Of a stretch of DNA of 64,000 bases, positions 58,758 through 64,000 are shown piece by piece (within the stretch, counting starts at the first letter, position 1; every line of letters begins with the position of its first letter). A model generated the notes under the pieces. That model ran no database searches. It worked only from the letters and a program-made list of their open reading frames with translations, and was not told where the DNA came from. Source of the DNA: a virus; IMG/VR virus record IMGVR_UViG_3300028829_004140, positions 1 to 64,000 of that record; one strand, written 5' to 3'. Both the position numbers and the translations under genes were made by a program.

Positions 58758-59698
58758 TGATTGGCCTTTATTGTATGAACAGTTTTTTTACCATTGGTGA
58801 CAGTAGCGGCTCCTAACCATCCCCAGTCATTAAGCGTTTTGATTATTTCTTTACAAACTTCATGAATTTCCATATTTTTATTATCAATTAAACAATCCAC
58901 AAAATCCCAGTTTTCTTTAATCTCTTTTTCGCTAGAGTGAGTATCTCCGTAGATATCTCTTGTGTGTCCTATTACTTTACCTCCGACCTCTTGGATAGCC
59001 AAGATTTCATTTTTGAAACGACAGTCGTCAATCACCGCTAACAATGGACGTTCTTCTTCGATATCTTTTAACGTTCTTTTTATCCAAACGGGTTCCCAGA
59101 TTTTACGCATAACGTCTGTGCCAAAGAATTGCATAAATTCACGGGCGGTCATTGGGCCTGCGGCGTGATATGTTAAATTGATTCTAGCAAGGTCTTTTTG
59201 CATTTCCTCATTGCCATATTCACTATCACTAGGAAACCAATCGCACAACAAATTGCCCCATTCTTCTTCAAGAATCTCCTTAGTAGCAATTCCCGGCATG
59301 TTTTCCCATCTTAGGTGAGGAACAATCTGGTCTTTATAAGCATTGCTGCCATAACACTGCTCGTAAGTAAGTCCGAACAAAGACATACAGATACTCTTCA
59401 AAGAATCTGCAAAGGAATACTTTTTAACAAAGGGCCACATATTATACATAGCCCATTCAACAAATTCAGGATCTCGCCTAGAGATATCCATAAAGGTGTC
59501 ACCCTGTTCAATTTTACCACCACTATCTACAATCTCTGTGTTAACAATCAACCTACCAGTATCTGGAGCTATTCCAAAGTTTTGGATAACTTCTTGGGCG
59601 CGTAACTGATACCCGTGAAGGAAGTTACATGCGGTAGTTTTTCCTGACTGTTTCGATCCAGCAAAGGCAAGTATTCTAGTTTCTGATTGATTATTCAT
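58754..59698 (-). CDS. Deoxynucleoside monophosphate kinase
   Basis: FAGSKQSGKTT, SFADSLK, REFMQFFGTD..R, DDCRF.NE, HSSE. Confidence 0.85.
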   Translation of the reverse strand: MNNQSETRILAFAGSKQSGKTTACNFLHGYQLRAQEVIQNFGIAPDTGRLIVNTEIVDSGGKIEQGDTFMDISRRDPEFVEWAMYNMWPFVKKYSFADSLKSICMSLFGLTYEQCYGSNAYKDQIVPHLRWENMPGIATKEILEEEWGNLLCDWFPSDSEYGNEEMQKDLARINLTYHAAGPMTAREFMQFFGTDVMRKIWEPVWIKRTLKDIEEERPLLAVIDDCRFKNEILAIQEVGGKVIGHTRDIYGDTHSSEKEIKENWDFVDCLIDNKNMEIHEVCKEIIKTLNDWGWLGAATVTNGKKTVHTIKANQ

Positions 59699-60803
59699 TA
59701 CTTTTCCTTGTAAACGGTAGATAGGGTATAATTTCTTTTTTAATGTCTTCGCTTGTCATTTGTCCCAAGTCGCGCTGCTTTATTGGGATATCCTTACTGT
59801 CAAACCAGCTATCTAATTCTGGCCTGAAGTAATTGAATCTCCTACCACATTTTTTAATTATGGAATCAGCAGACTTCTTTCCAGCTTCATCGTAATCTGT
59901 TAGTATGACAACATTAAGCGCTCCTGACGATTCTAGCAGTATTAATTGATCTTCACTTAGTGATGTTCCAAATATTCCTACTGTCATGTCTAAACCAGAC
60001 TCAAATGCTCGCCAAACATCACCTTGACCTTCTACCAAAATAACTGTTTTAGTTTCAAGTATATTGCTTTTGGCGTAATTTAGTCCATAAAGAATATTCT
60101 TAGTGAATCCTTTGCTATGTAGCCATTTTGGCTGTAGATGTTCTTTAATGGCTCTACCAACACATCCTACATAGTTATTATCTTCATCATATAAGGGTAC
60201 AACAACTCTTCCTGACATTGGCTGATTTTCAACAGTGCATTCTCCAATATCAAATTTTTCTAATATATCTACGCTGTGCCCTCTTCCTACAAAATATTGC
60301 GAAGGAATATTTAGTTTGTTTCTAATTGAAGACCTCGTAAATTGAGACTCCTTCCTTGCAATCTTCCTGTTAAACACGTCTACTGTTCGACTACTTCTGT
60401 CAACAAAGCTAGACTCTATTTCTTCTATGTCAGTGTCTAAAAACCAACAAATAAAAGAAGCGGTTTCAAGCATAGAAATATCTTTGTTTCTATGTCGCTT
60501 CAAACATCCCCGAACAAAACCAAAAAGGTTTCCGATATGTTCTTCCTCGCAGTGATTTGTCCAGCAAGACCAGTTTCCAGTGTTTGATTCGCCGTCAGTA
60601 AATATACAGCAACCTTCTGGATTGTCACCTCCATGAATAGGGCAAGCAAAGGCCAATCTATTTGGAAACTCTACCCAGTTTACGCCGAAATAATCTAATA
60701 ACTGTTTTGATTTTGGAAGCAGGGCTTCACAGAGTGACGATATTTTCTTCTTCGTCAAATTCTTCGGTTTCAAAACCCTGTTCTCTTGTTCTCGAATTAT
60801 CAT
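59691..60803 (-). CDS. DNA primase (Zn finger + TOPRIM); true start probably ~45 bp downstream of the ORF start
   Basis: CPIH...WSCW..HC, GRVVVP, VEGQGD, DYDEAG. Confidence 0.9.
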   Translation of the reverse strand: MIIREQENRVLKPKNLTKKKISSLCEALLPKSKQLLDYFGVNWVEFPNRLAFACPIHGGDNPEGCCIFTDGESNTGNWSCWTNHCEEEHIGNLFGFVRGCLKRHRNKDISMLETASFICWFLDTDIEEIESSFVDRSSRTVDVFNRKIARKESQFTRSSIRNKLNIPSQYFVGRGHSVDILEKFDIGECTVENQPMSGRVVVPLYDEDNNYVGCVGRAIKEHLQPKWLHSKGFTKNILYGLNYAKSNILETKTVILVEGQGDVWRAFESGLDMTVGIFGTSLSEDQLILLESSGALNVVILTDYDEAGKKSADSIIKKCGRRFNYFRPELDSWFDSKDIPIKQRDLGQMTSEDIKKEIIPYLPFTRKSNE

Positions 60804-62187
60804 GTATCTCGTTCCTAGTTAAACCCTGCTGGATTCTTCCAAACTTACCGAACATTTTCATACTAATATAATCTCCATCATCTAGTCCCTCTCCATGTCT
60901 AGCAACGACAGGTACAATCTTTCTGTCTCCATTCTCAGGACCATCCTCCGCTTTTTCTTCGTCTGATTTTAATTTAAAGATTGAAAAACTAGTACAGAGC
61001 CATACAAGCCTGTCAGAACCAGAAACAACGTCCGTAGTTTCTTTTGTAATTCCATCCCTGTTGAGTTGAACAAACGCCAAACACGCAACATCATATTTAA
61101 CCACAAAGTTGTGCAGTTTGGTAATTTGAAAACCGAGAACCTGATACTCTTGCATTGCAGCGTTAATACCCTCTGAACCCATTAGTTTCAGATAGTCATA
61201 AACAATAACACAATCTTTTGTTCTACCAGACTCATCGAATCCTACATGCTGGTAAATCCATTTTCTCATTTGAGAAATAATGTTTTCGAAAGACTCTCCT
61301 GCAATACTGATGTAGTGATATGGAATTTCTTTTAGTCTTTGCGCCGCATTTTGAACCTTTTCTTTTTCTATTTCACTTTCGCTAAAACGACCAGTAGAAA
61401 TTCTGTTGATTTCTACACCAGACTCATCAGCCAACATTCTGTTGTAGTGATCTTCTTTAGACATTTCTGTGTCTAAAACTAAAACTGGAACATTAACTTC
61501 AGATGCTACGTATTTCGCTACAGCGTCACCAAGCATAGACTTGCCGACCTTGGGCCTAGCAGCAACTAGATCAACGCATTTTCTACGCAAGCCACCGCCG
61601 ATAGCAGCATCTAACGCAGGGAAGCCTGTAGGTATGCCTACGAAGTCGGACACGTTATCAGATAAGAAATCTAAATAATCCTCTATGCCATCTCCAAGCA
61701 GTTCGGTTTTCTTACTAGAAGATTTGTATATGTCACCAGTCGCATCTAGAAGAGGCTCTTCAATCTTGGACACAATGTCCATTATATCCTCTTCCCCACT
61801 TACCTTGCCCAGCTCTTTTTCACAAGCTTTTAGTGTTTGAGACAAGTCTCTAGCAAGTTTTAGTTTCGCTATTTTCGCTGCGTATGATCCTACGTTTTGT
61901 TTTGTTATTGGGAAATTAAACAAAGAACGTACAAAGGATATCTCATCCTTAGAGTTCATCTGCTCAGATACGCCTAAATCATTCGCAGCAGATAAAATTG
62001 AAGATAATTCTACCTGAGTATTTTCAGAAATTGATTTGTATATGCAATCGAATAATAGCTGATTCATAGGATCTGTAAAAGATCTTGATTCTATGAAATC
62101 AACTTCTAGATAAGCATCTAAACCATATTGGCAAAGTGCAGCTAATACAGCTCTTTCTGATGCTAAGTCGCTCAATTTTTTATTCAT
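60727..62187 (-). CDS. dnaB: Replicative DNA helicase
   Basis: GIPTGF..LD, AARPKVGKS, DTEM, VYDYLKL, QLNR. Confidence 0.92.
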   Translation of the reverse strand: MNKKLSDLASERAVLAALCQYGLDAYLEVDFIESRSFTDPMNQLLFDCIYKSISENTQVELSSILSAANDLGVSEQMNSKDEISFVRSLFNFPITKQNVGSYAAKIAKLKLARDLSQTLKACEKELGKVSGEEDIMDIVSKIEEPLLDATGDIYKSSSKKTELLGDGIEDYLDFLSDNVSDFVGIPTGFPALDAAIGGGLRRKCVDLVAARPKVGKSMLGDAVAKYVASEVNVPVLVLDTEMSKEDHYNRMLADESGVEINRISTGRFSESEIEKEKVQNAAQRLKEIPYHYISIAGESFENIISQMRKWIYQHVGFDESGRTKDCVIVYDYLKLMGSEGINAAMQEYQVLGFQITKLHNFVVKYDVACLAFVQLNRDGITKETTDVVSGSDRLVWLCTSFSIFKLKSDEEKAEDGPENGDRKIVPVVARHGEGLDDGDYISMKMFGKFGRIQQGLTRNEIHDNSRTREQGFETEEFDEEENIVTL

Positions 62188-62193
62188 AAGTTT

Positions 62194-62619
62194 TTATCGT
62201 CGTAAGCATGAATCGCAAGTAAAAAAATCCCTGACGAAAGACGGATTAACACTCACTACTTTACTACACCTTTGGCAAGTTTGGTCAACCTTTTTGAATG
62301 TTGGTCTTCGTCTTTCAGTTAATTCTACATTTGGCGTGATATTATGCTCATCCTTATGTTCACCTTTGTCTACATAGAGGTTCGTTCTTTTTTTTACCTC
62401 CACAGGTTGTCGCATTTTACTTTCCGACTTCATGGAAAACTCTGGAAATTTATTATCTAATTCCGCTTCGTTTTTAGTGACTTCTTTATTGATTTTTTCT
62501 TGACTATTTTTTATAGATTGAGAGTCAATCAAGTCCGTAGCCAAATCTAATAGCTCCATATCGCCAGTTTCTTTAGCTTTCTTAATTAGTTTTTTTATCT
62601 TTACACTTAGATCGCTCAT
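62194..62619 (-). CDS. Hypothetical protein with C-terminal Zn ribbon (CQRC...CDSC)
   Basis: Two CxxC pairs; AGGAG RBS. Confidence 0.7.
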   Translation of the reverse strand: MSDLSVKIKKLIKKAKETGDMELLDLATDLIDSQSIKNSQEKINKEVTKNEAELDNKFPEFSMKSESKMRQPVEVKKRTNLYVDKGEHKDEHNITPNVELTERRRPTFKKVDQTCQRCSKVVSVNPSFVRDFFTCDSCLRR

Positions 62620-63077
62620 TATTTTCTCCTAGCCATATTGTTTAGAGTGTCTGCCATCTTGATAATTCTTTCCTGTTTTCCTTCTAGCATTTGAACCCTA
62701 GCATGTGCATGGTTTTTAACCTTTAAAATCTTTGTAGCTAGTGGATTTTCTTTCACAGCAGAATAATACTTCTTTTCCCATTTTGTAAACCCATCACCGT
62801 ATTGGTCCAGTGTACTACCTATTATAAACCAAATAGAACCTTCTGCCCAATCAAAAACAATTTTTTCTTTAGCTTTTACCCCAGCCAAGTATTCTGAGTA
62901 TGCGTAGAGCCTAAAAGAGTTGATGTAACACGTTTCCTGACTCCATGACTGCATTTCTTCAAAAGAAGCATTGATTACCGTCTCTATCTCTTTAGGAGGG
63001 TCTACTCTAGCAAGAAACTTGGAACTAACCCATTCCTCGATAGTGTTGACAAACTCGGTACTTCTATCCTCTTTCAT
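62619..63077 (-). CDS. Hypothetical helical protein
   Basis: Coupled ORF in the replication block. Confidence 0.65.
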   Translation of the reverse strand: MKEDRSTEFVNTIEEWVSSKFLARVDPPKEIETVINASFEEMQSWSQETCYINSFRLYAYSEYLAGVKAKEKIVFDWAEGSIWFIIGSTLDQYGDGFTKWEKKYYSAVKENPLATKILKVKNHAHARVQMLEGKQERIIKMADTLNNMARRK

Positions 63078-63831
63078 ACGATGCCTTTTTGTTAAACGTT
63101 TTTTCGTATAGTTCGATATCCTTACTCAAAAGGTTGGTAGCCCTAGCTAAAATTTCCGGGTTGTTCCACAGGTATACCGATTTGTTTTTTGGTTGAGTAT
63201 TTGTTTTTGGAAAATTGTTGACCTCGATATCGAAGCGTGACATAATCTTTCTAAAATCTCTTTCTAGGTTGTCAAAGTCTCCAATGAAATCAACTTTGGA
63301 ATTAAGCCAAAAGGATTGTAGACGGTCGGACTTTAATCCGTCTCTATTTTCTAGACAAAATATAAACTCAGCAAATGCCAGATCTTGATCGGGATTATCT
63401 ATAACTTTATTGTAAATTTTGTTCATCGGACTTGGTATGTGCTTTCTATGCCAGAACAAGGACGTTAGCCAGTCGTAAGGATTCCTTAAAAAGGCAAAGT
63501 GCCAAAATTTTTTTTTTAAATGCTTTGTTCTTGGGTTTCCGTAGAGAATCTTTTTAGTTAAACTTACTTGGTTATGTGCCCCAAATCCGTTTCTAAGACC
63601 AGCGTGTTTAAACCACCACTTCATCCAATTATTGTGGTCAGGATTGCTCTCGCTCCAACCTACAAACATTTCTCCTTCTGTGTCCCTAGTAAGAGTACGA
63701 ACCCCTCTCTGTCCTACAAAGTACACTTCTTGTCCCATGTTTTTTGCTATCCAGTTTCCGATGGATGTTCCACCGGTTTTTGGAATATGATGACAAACAA
63801 AACCTTTTGTCTTATGAGCCATTGTTACCAT
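63064..63831 (-). CDS. Sulfotransferase family 2 protein
   Basis: HIPKTGGTS (5'-PSB), FAFLRNPYD...S (3'-PB), DFIG..NL..DF. Start set at the ATG at 63831. Confidence 0.85.
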   Translation of the reverse strand: MVTMAHKTKGFVCHHIPKTGGTSIGNWIAKNMGQEVYFVGQRGVRTLTRDTEGEMFVGWSESNPDHNNWMKWWFKHAGLRNGFGAHNQVSLTKKILYGNPRTKHLKKKFWHFAFLRNPYDWLTSLFWHRKHIPSPMNKIYNKVIDNPDQDLAFAEFIFCLENRDGLKSDRLQSFWLNSKVDFIGDFDNLERDFRKIMSRFDIEVNNFPKTNTQPKNKSVYLWNNPEILARATNLLSKDIELYEKTFNKKASYERG

Positions 63832-64000
63832 TTTAGTCTCTGTCTCCACTGTTCGTCTGTTTCGTTAAAATTAAGCTCTATCAGGGTTAAGTCGTTTAAC
63901 TTAAACCAATCCTGCTTGGTCCTATCTCTTGCTTGGGCACGATAAAAATTAATCTTGTTTTTGTGGTAAAAATGAATGTATTTAAAGTGCTGCTCGCCAT
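63825..64000 (-). CDS. C-terminal part of a Vsr/DUF559-like endonuclease (truncated by window)
   Basis: GEQHFKY..F.H.....F...QARD..K..W...N...LI pattern; TAA at 63825-63827. Confidence 0.7.
   Translation of the reverse strand, partial: GEQHFKYIHFYHKNKINFYRAQARDRTKQDWFKLNDLTLIELNFNETDEQWRQRLKW

Noticed and set aside
1-64000. Stop-codon reassignment (alternative genetic code)
   Set aside because: Long ORFs are intact under code 11, and TAA, TAG and TGA all end genes at tight junctions.
1-64000. tRNA, rRNA or CRISPR arrays
   Set aside because: Intergenic gaps are short and none shows a cloverleaf or repeat-spacer pattern by eye; no covariance search was run.

Overview
A 64-kb segment of a large tailed dsDNA bacteriophage. 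It is probably siphovirus-like, since no sheath gene is seen. The standard genetic code 11 fits and genes are tightly packed. The plus strand (1-35345) is a late/structural block: two paralogous beta-helix fibre/spike genes, a tandem LamG+Ig protein, a BppU-like protein, head-tail/neck genes, a tail tube, putative chaperones, a 3145-aa tape measure protein (TMP) and tail-tip genes. It ends with a small glycan module (GT2, radical SAM, methyltransferase-GT fusion, GT). The minus strand (35351-64000) is a replication block: DnaB, primase, dNMP kinase, a Cas4-like nuclease, DnaE split into two genes without an intein, a DEDDh exonuclease, SSB and a putative SSAP. A ~14.5-kb glycan biosynthesis cluster sits inside this block. 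The most notable observations are: (i) the TMP carries four copies of a 'DxVPAxLxxGEFV' module, and the first pair brackets a PD-(D/E)xK nuclease-like domain, suggesting a virion-injected effector cassette; (ii) about 20 glycan-related genes split between the replication and late operons; (iii) an intein-less split DnaE with a degenerate PHP domain and a proofreading exonuclease between the halves; (iv) a recurrent TG[TG]GTATA motif, a putative late promoter; (v) a 5-bp duplication frameshift in a glycan-cluster gene. All family calls come from motif reading by eye; no searches were run.
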